Assembly: GCA_964548165.1 (NCBI GenBank)
Contig: CAZJQD010000008.1
Span: 1,979 to 65,978, forward strand
From: an uncultured bacterium
GTDB lineage: Bacteria > UBA8481
Direction of reading: 5' to 3'
DNA: 64,000 nt
Every line of letters starts with the position of its first letter. Position 1 is the stretch's first letter. The position numbers and the translations under genes were made by a program. The notes under the pieces are model-generated. The model saw only the letters and a list, made by a program, of their open reading frames with translations, was not told the DNA's origin and searched no databases. This document shows positions 8,156-17,268 of this stretch, piece after piece.

Positions 8156-9340
8156 GCCGTGCAGGGCGGGCGGACGACGCGTGGCGAGATTGCCGCGGAG
8201 AACGAGCGGCAGGCGCGAGCGCTGATCCGGGAGTCGGGTGCGACCCCGGTTTCCATCGCGGCGAAGACCTCGGAACGCGCGCGTCCCCCCGACCTGGCCT
8301 GGCTTGCCGCGTTCACGCGACAGCTCGGCACCCTCCTGAAGGCGGGATTCCCCCTCGATCGCGCGCTCACGACGCTCGCCGGGTCCGCACCGGATCCGCG
8401 CGCGCGCACCGTCCTGGCCGCGCTGGATGATGGTGTGAGGCGGGGGCAGAGGTTTTCGGACGCGGCGGCACGGGCCTTCTCGACGGCATCGATGGGCGGC
8501 GTCGGCGCCGCCTCGGAACTGGTCGCGATCCTCGAGGCGGGCGAGGCCGCGGGCGACCTGGCGCCGGTCCTGCTCAACTACGCCGAGATGCTCGACCGGC
8601 GGCTCGTCTTCCGCCGTCGCCTCCGCGGCGCGCTCTTCTATCCGCTCATCGTCGCCGGCATGGCCGTCCTCGTCGTGGCCTTCCTCTTCGTCTACGTGGT
8701 GCCCACGATCACGAGGCTCTTCGAGGGAACGAACCTCCCGCTCCCCTTGCCGACGAGGATCCTGATCGTCGTGGCCAATGCCGTCCAGGCCGGCTGGATG
8801 CCCGGGATCGCGGTGCTCCTGGTCGCGGCCTGGTTCCTGAAGCGGTGGATGGCCACGGCGCAGGGGAGGCTCAGCGTTGAGGCGCGCCTGCAGTCCCTGC
8901 CGGTGATCGGATCCATCCTGGCGCAGGCGGCGGGCGCCCGGTGGCTCCGCACGTTCGGGACGCTCCTGGGGAACGGCGTCGAGATCCTCTCGGCGCTCGA
9001 CATCGCCGGACGCACGGCGGCCTCGCCGCGCCTGCAGAAGGCCGTGGCGAGAGCGAGGCCGCGCGTTGCGGAGGGGGTTCCGCTGGCCAAGGCCCTGGCG
9101 GAGACGGGCGCGTTTCCCGCGGTCGCGGTGGAGGCCGTCACGCTCGGCGAGAGTTCGGGCACCCTGCCGCACCTCCTCCTGGAACTGGCGGCGGCGTGGG
9201 AGGGCGAGGTCGAGACGTCGGCGGAGCGATTCGCCGATCTTCTGGAGCCCCTGGTGCTCGTCGTGATGGGCGTCCTGGTCGGCGGCATCGTGCTGGCCGT
9301 TCTCCTGCCCATCTTCGAGTTCAACGCCTCGGTGCGGTAG
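8135..9340 (+). CDS. gspF: type II secretion system inner-membrane platform protein GspF (GspF/PilC family)
   Basis: GTG start. About 400 aa with two GspF-type repeats and three TM segments (…LIVAGMAVLVVAFLFVYVVPTI…, …GVLVGGIVLAVLLPIFEF…). Confidence 0.85.
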   Translation: MPIYSYRAVQGGRTTRGEIAAENERQARALIRESGATPVSIAAKTSERARPPDLAWLAAFTRQLGTLLKAGFPLDRALTTLAGSAPDPRARTVLAALDDGVRRGQRFSDAAARAFSTASMGGVGAASELVAILEAGEAAGDLAPVLLNYAEMLDRRLVFRRRLRGALFYPLIVAGMAVLVVAFLFVYVVPTITRLFEGTNLPLPLPTRILIVVANAVQAGWMPGIAVLLVAAWFLKRWMATAQGRLSVEARLQSLPVIGSILAQAAGARWLRTFGTLLGNGVEILSALDIAGRTAASPRLQKAVARARPRVAEGVPLAKALAETGAFPAVAVEAVTLGESSGTLPHLLLELAAAWEGEVETSAERFADLLEPLVLVVMGVLVGGIVLAVLLPIFEFNASVR

Positions 9341-9396
9341 CGGCCCGTCGTTCTTTCGCCGGGATTACCCGCAGGATGAGTGTCGGGCCTGTCGCT

Positions 9397-10296
9397 TCAC
9401 CACATCTCCCAGGGGGGCGGAGTCATCTTCTCGCGAAGGTAATCCAGGAACGCTCGCGTCTTCGCCGCAAGGTGCCGGCGCGCGGGGTAGACGACGTGGA
9501 TCTCCCGCTCGGCGGGAAGATAGGATTCGAGAACCTGCACCAGGCGTCGTCGTCGAATCTCGGCGGCGCAGAGGAAGGACGGAAGAAAGGCGATGCCCAG
9601 GCCGGCGATCGCGGCCTCGCGCGCGAGGGCGAGCACGGTGGAGGTCTGGCGCGGCTTGATCGCGACGCGGATTCTCTTCCCGCGTCGCTCGAGCGTCCAG
9701 GAGGGTTTCTCCGTGATCCTCCCGTAGACGAGCGCATCATGCGCGGCCAGGTCCGACGGGCGCCGCGGCGTACCACGCGCCGCGAGGTATTTCGGGCTCG
9801 CCACGAGGATGAAGCGGAACCGCCCGAGCGGTCGCGAGATGAGGGAGGAATCCGCGAGAGGGGCGGCGCGGAGGGCGAGATCGATGCTTTCGTCCACGAG
9901 ATCGACGGTGCGATCGGTGAGCGCAAGATCGAGGCGAACCTCCGGGTGTCGGGCAAGGAAGCCGGTGGCCACGGGCCCGAGGAATGCGATTCCGAACTCG
10001 ACCGGCGCCGTGATCCGCAGTAACCCGCTGGGCGTCTCCCGCATGCCCGTGATCGTCCTCTCGGCCTCCGTGGCGATCGCCACGATCCGGGCGGCCTGCT
10101 CGTGGAACTCGCGGCCGGCTTCCGTCAGGGAGAGGCTGCGGGTGGTGCGGTGGAGGAGGCGCACGCCAAGGTGATCCTCGAGGCTTGCCACCTTGCGACT
10201 GACGAAGGACTTCGGGACGGCGAGCGTCCGGGCCGCGCGGGAGAAGCCCCCGGCGTCCACGACCGCGACGAAGATGCGCATCCCGTTCAAGTCCAC
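9397..10296 (-). CDS. LysR-family transcriptional regulator
   Basis: N-terminal HTH (LNGMRIFVAVVDAGGFSRAARTLAVPKSFVSRKVASLEDHLGVRLLHRTTRSLSLTEAG) plus LysR substrate-binding domain. Divergent from pirin. Confidence 0.85.
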   Translation of the reverse strand: MDLNGMRIFVAVVDAGGFSRAARTLAVPKSFVSRKVASLEDHLGVRLLHRTTRSLSLTEAGREFHEQAARIVAIATEAERTITGMRETPSGLLRITAPVEFGIAFLGPVATGFLARHPEVRLDLALTDRTVDLVDESIDLALRAAPLADSSLISRPLGRFRFILVASPKYLAARGTPRRPSDLAAHDALVYGRITEKPSWTLERRGKRIRVAIKPRQTSTVLALAREAAIAGLGIAFLPSFLCAAEIRRRRLVQVLESYLPAEREIHVVYPARRHLAAKTRAFLDYLREKMTPPPWEMW

Positions 10297-10311
10297 GCTT
10301 GGCCTCCCGGT

Positions 10312-10333
10312 ATCGTTCTATTATTAGAACGAT
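10312..10333. promoter_or_regulatory. perfect dyad ATCGTTCTA-TTAT-TAGAACGAT in the AT-rich lysR/pirin divergent region; candidate LysR-type (T-N11-A-like) operator
   Basis: 9-bp arms are exact reverse complements. Lies 16 nt upstream of the lysR GTG and about 75 nt upstream of the leader ORF. Confidence 0.5.
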
Positions 10334-10408
10334 AAGTGCTAAATATACAGACTAGTAGACTATTGGCAACGGGCCTATTCTGGGTTCAGGTCGCAAGGAG
10401 GAAGAACC

Positions 10409-10504
10409 ATGAAGGGGTTTATGCAAACGGGGTCCTGGTCGGTGGAGGGCGTCTTCGCCGGGGAGAGGACGGCGGCGAGGGGCGAGAGGAGGGTCCGGGG
10501 ATGA
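10409..10504 (+). CDS. 31-codon upstream ORF / leader peptide (MKGFMQTGSWSVEGVFAGERTAARGERRVRG), translationally coupled to pirin
   Basis: Strong SD AAGGAGG 7 nt before the ATG. Its TGA overlaps the pirin ATG (ATGA at 10501-10504). Confidence 0.35.
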   Translation: MKGFMQTGSWSVEGVFAGERTAARGERRVRG

Positions 10505-11202
10505 GCATCATACTTCGGCATGGCGGGGAACGCGGGCGTACAAGCTGGGAGTGGCTCGAGAGCCGGCACACCTTCTCGTTCGGCGAGTATTTCGACCCGC
10601 AGAACCACAACTTCTCGATCCTCAGGGTCATCAACGACGACGTCATCGCGCCGGGCGCGGGATTCGGGATGCATCCGCACCGGGACATGGAGATCCTGAC
10701 CTATATCCTGGACGGCGCGGTTGCGCATCGCGACTCGACGGGCGCCGAAGGAGTGACCGGCGTCGGCGAGATCCAGCGCATGACGGCGGGGTCCGGGATC
10801 AGGCACAGCGAGCAGAACGCCTCGAGGACCGACCCCGTCCATCTCCTGCAGATCTGGATCATGCCCGAGCGCAAGGGGTTGACGCCCGGGTACGAGCAGC
10901 GTGCGATCGCGTGGTCGTCTCCGTGGACCATCCTGGCCGCTCCGGCCGGAGAGCCGGCCACCGTGACCCTCTCGGCGGATGCGCGCCTGCTGGCCAGCCG
11001 TCCGAAGTCGGGGGAGGAGGTCACGATGACACCCGCCGAGGGCCGCAAGACGTGGATCCATGTCGCGCGCGGCGCCGTCCACCTGGGGGAACACGCTCTA
11101 ACGGCGGGCGACGGGGCGGGAATCGCCGGGGAGCGCCGCCTTGTGTTTCGGGCGGATGCGGACTCCGAGATCCTGGCGTTCGATCTGCCGAAGGTGGAGT
11201 GA
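10501..11202 (+). CDS. pirin-family protein (YhhW-like bicupin; quercetin 2,3-dioxygenase family)
   Basis: MSIILRHGGERGRTSWEWLESRHTFSFGEYFDPQNHNFSILRVINDDVIAPGAGFGMHPHRDMEILTYILDGAVAHRDSTG is near-collinear with E. coli YhhW. Start refined from the track ORF (10336) to the internal Met with SD GAGGAGG. Confidence 0.85.
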   Translation: MSIILRHGGERGRTSWEWLESRHTFSFGEYFDPQNHNFSILRVINDDVIAPGAGFGMHPHRDMEILTYILDGAVAHRDSTGAEGVTGVGEIQRMTAGSGIRHSEQNASRTDPVHLLQIWIMPERKGLTPGYEQRAIAWSSPWTILAAPAGEPATVTLSADARLLASRPKSGEEVTMTPAEGRKTWIHVARGAVHLGEHALTAGDGAGIAGERRLVFRADADSEILAFDLPKVE

Positions 11203-11319
11203 GATGGCGGTCGCTACAGCGGTAGCTCCCGAAATTGGTGTAGAGTGAATCAAGGGGCGAGCGGGTTTGCTCGACCGCAATTTCCACGGTAATTCAATTC
11301 CAACCAGGAGGAAGATGTC

Positions 11320-11919
11320 ATGACGAAGGTTCTTGTCCTGTATTACTCCAGCTACGGCCACATCGAGACCATGGCCGGGGCCGTTGCCGAGGGGGCCCGC
11401 GAGGCGGGCGCCGACGTGGTCGTCAAGCGCGTGCCCGAGCTTGTGCCCGAGGCGGTCGCGGTGAAGTCGGGCTTCAAGCGCGACCAGGAGGCTCCGCTGG
11501 CGACCGTCGACGAGTTGCCGCAATACGACGCCATCATCATCGGCGTGCCGACGCGCTTTGGCAACATGCCGGCCCAGATGAAGAACTTTCTCGACCAGAC
11601 CGGCGGGCTCTGGCTCCAGGGCAAGCTCATCGGCAAGGTCGGCAGCGTCTTCACTTCGACCGCGACCCAGCATGGCGGCCAGGAAAGCACGATCCTCTCC
11701 ACGCACACGGTGCTCCTGCATCACGGGATGGTCATCGTCGGCCTGCCTTACTCCTTCCAGGGGCAGACGACCAATGACGAGATCACGGGAGGGTCGCCTT
11801 ACGGCGCCTCGACCATCGCGGGAGGGGATGGATCGCGAAAGCCAAGCACGAATGAACTGGCCGGCGCCCGCTACCAGGGCCGCCACGTCGCCACCATCGC
11901 CGGCAAGCTCAAGTCGTAA
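11320..11919 (+). CDS. wrbA: NAD(P)H:quinone oxidoreductase WrbA (flavodoxin-like)
   Basis: [25 protein letters not shown]…[21 protein letters not shown]…[17 protein letters not shown]… collinear with E. coli WrbA. SD AGGAGG upstream. Confidence 0.9.
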   Translation: MTKVLVLYYSSYGHIETMAGAVAEGAREAGADVVVKRVPELVPEAVAVKSGFKRDQEAPLATVDELPQYDAIIIGVPTRFGNMPAQMKNFLDQTGGLWLQGKLIGKVGSVFTSTATQHGGQESTILSTHTVLLHHGMVIVGLPYSFQGQTTNDEITGGSPYGASTIAGGDGSRKPSTNELAGARYQGRHVATIAGKLKS

Positions 11920-11927
11920 GGGTTTCC

Positions 11928-11980
11928 CGAGGTCAACCGATGGCTCTTTCCCAGGATTCGCGGGCAGGAGGTTGACCTCG
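11928..11980. terminator. 11-bp perfect inverted repeat (cgaggtcaacc … ggttgacctcg, 31-nt loop) between the convergent wrbA and thiD; candidate bidirectional terminator
   Basis: Arms at 11928-11938 and 11970-11980 are exact reverse complements. No clear U-tract. Confidence 0.35.
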
Positions 11981-12017
11981 TGGGCCCGGTGGCCGATCCG
12001 GTACGTGCGGCGAGGGT

Positions 12018-12821
12018 CTAGAATCCGGTCGTATTGAGGACGGTATGGGTGCGCACGCGTCGGCTGGTGGCGATGGCGTTGGTGAGAAAGTCCTTCGCGG
12101 CGGCCACCGCCTCCGGAAGGTCCAGGCCGCGCGCCAGGCCCGCGGCAATGGCCGCGGCATACGTGCACCCGGTTCCGTGAGTCGAGACGCCGCGGATGAA
12201 CGGGGACGAGAGCAGGAGCTCGTCCTTGCCGTCCCAGAAGACATCGACCGCATCCTTCACGCCCCGGAGATGGCCGCCTTTCACGAGAGCGGCGGCGCCG
12301 TAGACCTGGTGAAGTTGCCGCGCCGCCGCGCGCATGGCATCCACGGTCGCGATCCTGCGCCCGAGCAGGATCGCGACCTCATCGAGATTGGGCGTGATGA
12401 GCGTGGCCAAGGGGAAGAGGAGTTGCCTCAGCGCCGCGATAGCCGAGGGTTTCAGGAGAGGCGCGCCGCTTGTCGCGGCCATGACCGGATCGACGATGAG
12501 GGGGATCGGCGATCGCCTCGCCTGTCTCGTCCAGCGCTCGGCAACCACCCGGATGATGCCGCCGCTGAAGAGCATCCCCGTCTTGGCGGCGTGAGGGCGT
12601 AGCTCGGCGAAGACGGCGTCCACCTGGGCGGCAATCATGGCCGCGCTGACTGACTGGACGCGGGAGACCGTCCGCGGATTCTGGGCCGTGATGCAGGTCA
12701 CGACCGAGGTGCCGTGCACGCCGAGCGCGGCAAACGTCTTGAGGTCGGCCTGGATGCCGGCGCCCCCGCCGCTGTCGGAACCGGCGATGGTCAGGGCGAC
12801 GGGGAGAACGGGACGCTTCAT
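12018..12821 (-). CDS. thiD: hydroxymethylpyrimidine/phosphomethylpyrimidine kinase ThiD
   Basis: PfkB/ThiD fold: [39 protein letters not shown]…VDPVM…GGHL…[14 protein letters not shown]. Confidence 0.9.
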   Translation of the reverse strand: MKRPVLPVALTIAGSDSGGGAGIQADLKTFAALGVHGTSVVTCITAQNPRTVSRVQSVSAAMIAAQVDAVFAELRPHAAKTGMLFSGGIIRVVAERWTRQARRSPIPLIVDPVMAATSGAPLLKPSAIAALRQLLFPLATLITPNLDEVAILLGRRIATVDAMRAAARQLHQVYGAAALVKGGHLRGVKDAVDVFWDGKDELLLSSPFIRGVSTHGTGCTYAAAIAAGLARGLDLPEAVAAAKDFLTNAIATSRRVRTHTVLNTTGF

Positions 12822-13041
12822 GGCGCCATCCTACTTTTTGTGCCGGTATTCGTCATCGGGCATGTTTCTCTGCCTTTCCCTGCCTTCCGGTCTCCTCCAG
12901 GGCTCCGGGAAACCTTTTGACATGCCGAGGGTCGGTATCTATAACTCGTGGCACAAACAGAACCGGCGGGCATCGGGGGCCGCCGGTAGACCGGTGAGGG
13001 GATGAGCCGCAAGTCGGCTGGGGCCCCGGGAGGAAAAATTA

Positions 13042-13323
13042 ATGTCGTTTGTTCGCAGGTGGTTTCTGCTCGGTGTCGCGATCCTGGCGATCGTCGTCGG
13101 GTTCGGGCTGGGCATGACGTTCATGATGCACACGATCGAGGTTTTCAACTCGGCCATCGACACGGCCGGGCGGGACCCGGTCAGTCTGATCGTGAACCTG
13201 GCCCATGGCATCAAGGGTATTCTCGCGTGGATCGTCTTCGGCCTTACGATGACGAATGCCCTGATCATCGCCTCGTCGCTGTCGTTGCCGCTTCTCATTG
13301 CGAAGGGCGAGGGCTGCAAGTAG
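13042..13323 (+). CDS. small two-TM membrane protein, hypothetical (93 aa)
   Basis: SD GGAGG 9 nt upstream in an unusually AT-rich start context (ggaggaaaaattaATG). Two hydrophobic helices. Lower-GC codon choice (ttt, gtt) than neighbours. Followed by an intrinsic terminator. Confidence 0.45.
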   Translation: MSFVRRWFLLGVAILAIVVGFGLGMTFMMHTIEVFNSAIDTAGRDPVSLIVNLAHGIKGILAWIVFGLTMTNALIIASSLSLPLLIAKGEGCK

Positions 13324-13341
13324 TTCCAGGCGTTCCAGGAC

Positions 13342-13374
13342 CCCCGGCGGCCGCGAGGTCGCCGGGGTTTTTTT
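13342..13374 (+). terminator. Rho-independent terminator (8-bp GC stem ccccggcg/cgccgggg, 10-nt loop, T7 tract)
   Basis: Stem 13342-13349 / 13360-13367, followed by ttttttt 13368-13374. Lies 18 nt after the small-ORF stop and abuts the stop codon of the convergent ppiD-like gene. Confidence 0.6.
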
Positions 13375-14890
13375 ATCGCTGTTCCATCCGGCTCCGGACA
13401 CTCTCGGCGTAGACGATGTCAGCTCGCTTCCGGAGCGCGTCGAGCCAGTCCCTGTAGAGCTGGTTCTTGAGGAAGTCGCGGTACTCACGCTCGGTGCTGA
13501 CCCGGAAGTTGTCCCAGAGGTCCGGATTTCCACCGCGGCGTCGCTCGATGCGGACGACATGGAACCCATGACCGGACTGGATGACGTCCGAGGGCTTACC
13601 TACCTCCAGGTCGAAGACGGCGCGCGTGATGGCGGGGTCCAGGACGATGCTGCGGCCCGTGCCGAAGTTGCCCACTTCCGAGCCGATCCGTTCCAGGCTC
13701 CCGCTGTCCGGATACAGCTCCGGGGTCATCTCCCCGGGGATGACGTCCCCGAGAAGGCCCCCGTTGGACGCCGACTTGCCGCTGGAAAATTGGCGGGCCA
13801 GGGCGGCGAAGTCCGCGCCCTCGGCGATCCGGCGCCGCAGGTCTTCGGCCAATGCCTTGGCGCGGGCGACTTCGCTGTCGCCCGACAGGGTGTTGCGGAT
13901 GCCGTCCGCCACGTCCGCGTAGGCCTGCCGGTGAGGCATCTCGTGGGCATCGAAGAGCGCGATGTGGTAACCGAACTCGGTCTCGATGATCTCGGTCGGG
14001 ATCCCGACGGGCCAGTTGAAGGCCACCGTGTCGAATGCGGGGACCATCTGCCCGCGCTGGAACCAGTCCAGCTCCTCGGCGTGAGCGGGGGACATCGTGT
14101 CCGCCTTGAACTGCGCGAAGAGGCGGCCGAAGTTCTCGCCCGCGCGCAGTCTCAGGAGGAGGGCTTCCGCCCGCGAGCGAGCGGCGAAGCGCTGTTCCGC
14201 GTCGGCGCCGGGAGCGAGCCGGAAGAGGATGTGGCGACCTCGGACACGCTCGCCGATGATGAAGGAGTCCCCGTGAGCGTCGTAATAGGCTTTCGCGTTC
14301 GCCTCGGCCACGAACGAGCCGGGCCGGACCAGGATGTGCCTCAAGAGCGCGCGCTGGTAACGGAGATTGTAGTAGTCGCGCAGTTCCTCGGGGGTGACGA
14401 CGACGCTGCCGGAAACCCAGTTGTAGACCTTCCACTGGGTGATGTCCTCGCCGATCACCTTTTCATAGGCCGCCCACTGGGAAGCCGGGAGGTCGCGGCG
14501 GGCGCGGGCAAAACGGCCCAGGTCGAGGTTGCCGTCCTCGTTGCGGAAGAGCCGTTCCCGGGTCTGATCGACGATCTCGTGATCGGTTGCCCGGAGCTTG
14601 AGGCGCTCGGCTTCCTGCATCGCGAGCCGCGCGCCCACGAGCTCGTCGACGACGGTCTTGTAGAGCTTCTGCTGGTCGGTCTCGGTCAGGTTGCCGGCGT
14701 TCTCGAGCCGCTGGCCGTAGGCGCGGTCGACTTCCTCGAAGCTGATCTCGTCGCCGTTGACCTTGACCGCGTAGGGGGTGCCCCGCGTGTCGCTGACATT
14801 GGCTCCCCATTCAAGGATGATGGTCGCCACGAAGGCCAGGACGAGCGCTATGACTCCCCACTTGGCCATATTTCTAAATTTCTGGAGCAT
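13373..14890 (-). CDS. periplasmic chaperone / peptidyl-prolyl isomerase, PpiD/SurA (parvulin) family
   Basis: True start MLQKFRNMAKWGVIALVLAFVAT (N-terminal TM anchor), 505 aa; the 1031-aa track ORF is an antisense artefact over the next gene. Parvulin domain (…GRHILFRL…FGYHIALF…). SurA/PpiD-like chaperone regions. Confidence 0.75.
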   Translation of the reverse strand: MLQKFRNMAKWGVIALVLAFVATIILEWGANVSDTRGTPYAVKVNGDEISFEEVDRAYGQRLENAGNLTETDQQKLYKTVVDELVGARLAMQEAERLKLRATDHEIVDQTRERLFRNEDGNLDLGRFARARRDLPASQWAAYEKVIGEDITQWKVYNWVSGSVVVTPEELRDYYNLRYQRALLRHILVRPGSFVAEANAKAYYDAHGDSFIIGERVRGRHILFRLAPGADAEQRFAARSRAEALLLRLRAGENFGRLFAQFKADTMSPAHAEELDWFQRGQMVPAFDTVAFNWPVGIPTEIIETEFGYHIALFDAHEMPHRQAYADVADGIRNTLSGDSEVARAKALAEDLRRRIAEGADFAALARQFSSGKSASNGGLLGDVIPGEMTPELYPDSGSLERIGSEVGNFGTGRSIVLDPAITRAVFDLEVGKPSDVIQSGHGFHVVRIERRRGGNPDLWDNFRVSTEREYRDFLKNQLYRDWLDALRKRADIVYAESVRSRMEQR

Positions 14891-14959
14891 GACCAAAGAG
14901 CGTAGCTCAACGGGTTCCTCGCGGCAACAGCGTTGCGCATCGGGCGCGGGGAGCAGAGA

Positions 14960-16231
14960 ATGGCCGCGATGCGTGTCGCGAATCGCAAGTGGTGGCGGAC
15001 CGAGCCATCCGGGGGAGGCGCTCCCGGCGGGGGCGGAGGCGGGGGGCGCCGCAGGAACGGCGAGCCGCCCTGGACGCGCCTCGTCGACTGGCTGACCGGC
15101 CTCGATACGGCGGCCGCCGTCATGCTGGCGATCGGCGTCGGCCTCCTCACGGCCGTCGCGCTCTATCTCTATCCTCCCTGGCATACGGCGCCGCGAGGGG
15201 CTCCGCCCGCGCTCGACGTGAGGGAGACGCGGCAGAGGCTGGCCGAGGACCCGCTCGACTACGCGACCCGTCTGGAGTTCGCGCGGTATTACCTCCAGTG
15301 GGGCCTGGCCGTCTCGCGGCGGCAGGCGCCGATGGATGACACCATGACAGACTCGGAGATGTACGCCTACTTCGAGGGGCGGCTCCAGGAGTGGGAGAAG
15401 CTGGGCGAGAACGTCTCGGGCCTGCGCGACATGCTCAGGCGGGACTTCGCCGCTTTCCGGACCCGCTTCGTGACCGAGGAACGGGCGGTCTCCAAGGGCA
15501 TGTTCGAGCAGGCGGTGCTGCTCTATCGCCAGACGCGCGCGCTCGGCGCCAATCTCTCCGCCCGTGATCTCTACGACCTCGGCACCGCCTACTACCAGAT
15601 GGGTCCGGAAGGCTACGAGGGAGCGGCCCGGTTTCTCGGGGAGGCCGTTGACCGCGGCCTGGTCTCGCCGCGCGCGCTGACGTTTCTCGGCAACGTCGCC
15701 GTCGCTCGCGGAGATTATGACCGCGGCATCGCGCTCTACCTGCAGGCCCTCGACGATGCCCCGGAGGACCCGATTCTCGCCTTCAACCTGGCCCTGGCTT
15801 ACAAGGAGCGGGGCAACTTCGAGCCCGCGATCGAGTACCTGCGGGTGACGCTGCGCCTGTACCAGGACAAGGAGAATCTCGTGGAGGACGAGCTCTCGAT
15901 CATCCTGCAGTCCCGTCTCGCGCTCGGCTGGTGCCTCCTGAAGGTGGGGCGTCACGCGGAGGCGATCGAGCAGTTGGAGACGCTCCTGGAGGGACAGCCT
16001 GACCTGGCGGAGGCCTACTACTGGCTGGGGGTCGCCTACGAGGCCCTGGGCCGCCATGAACTCGCGCGCAGTCACTACCAGCGGGCCGTGCGGTTGCAGC
16101 CCGGGTTCCGGGATGTGAACGAGCGCCTGGCGGCGGTGGAACGCCTCATCGCGGCCGAGCGCGCGGGCGCGACGGGCCGGCCAATCCGGGGCGTGCCCGT
16201 CTCGCGGCAATCCGCGCCCCGCGCCCGCTAG
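14960..16231 (+). CDS. TPR-repeat membrane-anchored protein, hypothetical
   Basis: Start placed at the Met with SD GGGGAG (the track ORF begins at 14933). Gly-rich N-tail, one TM helix (AAAVMLAIGVGLLTAVALYLY), then multiple TPR units (…AEAYYWLGVAYEALGRHELARSHYQRAVRLQP…). Confidence 0.5.
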   Translation: MAAMRVANRKWWRTEPSGGGAPGGGGGGGRRRNGEPPWTRLVDWLTGLDTAAAVMLAIGVGLLTAVALYLYPPWHTAPRGAPPALDVRETRQRLAEDPLDYATRLEFARYYLQWGLAVSRRQAPMDDTMTDSEMYAYFEGRLQEWEKLGENVSGLRDMLRRDFAAFRTRFVTEERAVSKGMFEQAVLLYRQTRALGANLSARDLYDLGTAYYQMGPEGYEGAARFLGEAVDRGLVSPRALTFLGNVAVARGDYDRGIALYLQALDDAPEDPILAFNLALAYKERGNFEPAIEYLRVTLRLYQDKENLVEDELSIILQSRLALGWCLLKVGRHAEAIEQLETLLEGQPDLAEAYYWLGVAYEALGRHELARSHYQRAVRLQPGFRDVNERLAAVERLIAAERAGATGRPIRGVPVSRQSAPRAR

Positions 16232-16247
16232 ACGCACGCCGCGCCCG

Positions 16248-17138
16248 ATGATGCCACGGCTCCAGATTCTCTTCGCGTTTCTCCTCTGGTCCACGACCGG
16301 TCCCCTGGTGCGAGCCGCGGACCTGCCCGTCGCCAACTTCATCACGATCGCGAACGCGGCCGGCCTCGGATTTCTTCTCCTCATCTTCGGCCGCCGCATC
16401 GTCGGAGGTCTTGGCGCCCTCCCGCGCGGGCCCATGCTCAGGCTCTGCCTGGGCGGCATCGTCAACATCTGGAGCTCGTACGTCGCGTTCTCCTATACCT
16501 CGGTCGCGAACGTGATCCTCTTTCACTACGTTGCACCCGTTCTCGTAGCCGTCGCGGCGCCGATGCTCTTGAGGGAGAGACCCGAGCCCGGAACGTGGCT
16601 GGCCCTTGGGCTCGCGTTCATCGGGCTCGTCGTGTCCGCGTGGCAGGACGTGGCCGTGGGTGGGCGTCGCGACCTCGTGGGCATCGCGCTCTCCCTGGTC
16701 TCGGCGTTTGGATACGCGCTGGCCATCCTGGAGTCGCGGACCGTCGCGCGCGCGGGATGCGATCCGTTCGCGGTCGTGATGATCCAGGCCGGTTCGCTCT
16801 CGATCGTCACGCTCCCGCTCATCCACTGGACGGCATGGCCCCTCGAGGGAACCCTCCTGGGGGCGCTGGCCGGCGTTCTGCACCTGACGATCGCCGCGGG
16901 CTTCTACCTGGTCGGGCTCCGTCGCGTGCCCGCCTCCACCGGCGCGGTCCTGGGGTACAGCGAGATCGTCTTCGGGCTCTTCTGGGGTGCCGTTCTCTTC
17001 GGGGAACCAGTCACTGTCTGGAAGATCGTGGGGTCGACCGCCATCGTCGGCGCCGGGTTGATGCTCGTTCGCACCACGAAGTTTTCGAGTTCTCCTGGGC
17101 CGGAAAATGCGTCGCCGGCTCCCATCAACCCGACCTGA
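16248..17138 (+). CDS. DMT-superfamily (EamA-like) transporter
   Basis: About 10 predicted TM helices in two EamA-like halves. 296 aa. Confidence 0.7.
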   Translation: MMPRLQILFAFLLWSTTGPLVRAADLPVANFITIANAAGLGFLLLIFGRRIVGGLGALPRGPMLRLCLGGIVNIWSSYVAFSYTSVANVILFHYVAPVLVAVAAPMLLRERPEPGTWLALGLAFIGLVVSAWQDVAVGGRRDLVGIALSLVSAFGYALAILESRTVARAGCDPFAVVMIQAGSLSIVTLPLIHWTAWPLEGTLLGALAGVLHLTIAAGFYLVGLRRVPASTGAVLGYSEIVFGLFWGAVLFGEPVTVWKIVGSTAIVGAGLMLVRTTKFSSSPGPENASPAPINPT

Positions 17139-17268
17139 TCGCGGCCGATCCGGGGCCTGGGCCGTAGACGAGCGCCATTCCCCGCACTTTGCATCGGGCG
17201 CCCTAAAGCCCGGCACGCCGAGGACCGATATTCGGAGAGCAGATCTCAGCTCCCGAGGAGGGCAACGG

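Noticed and set aside
12822-12960. Possible TPP riboswitch (THI-box) in the thiD 5' leader: fragments resembling CCUGAU…AUACCGGC…GUAGGAU
   Set aside because: The near-invariant CUGAGA element is absent (only CUGGAGGAGA). No convincing P5 pairing partner exists for the CCGG segment. Resemblance is too weak to call without a covariance-model scan (Rfam RF00059 would settle it).
12940-12960. TGGCAC string suggestive of a sigma54 -24 element upstream of the small membrane-protein gene
   Set aside because: No TTGC(A/T) -12 element at the required N4-5 spacing.
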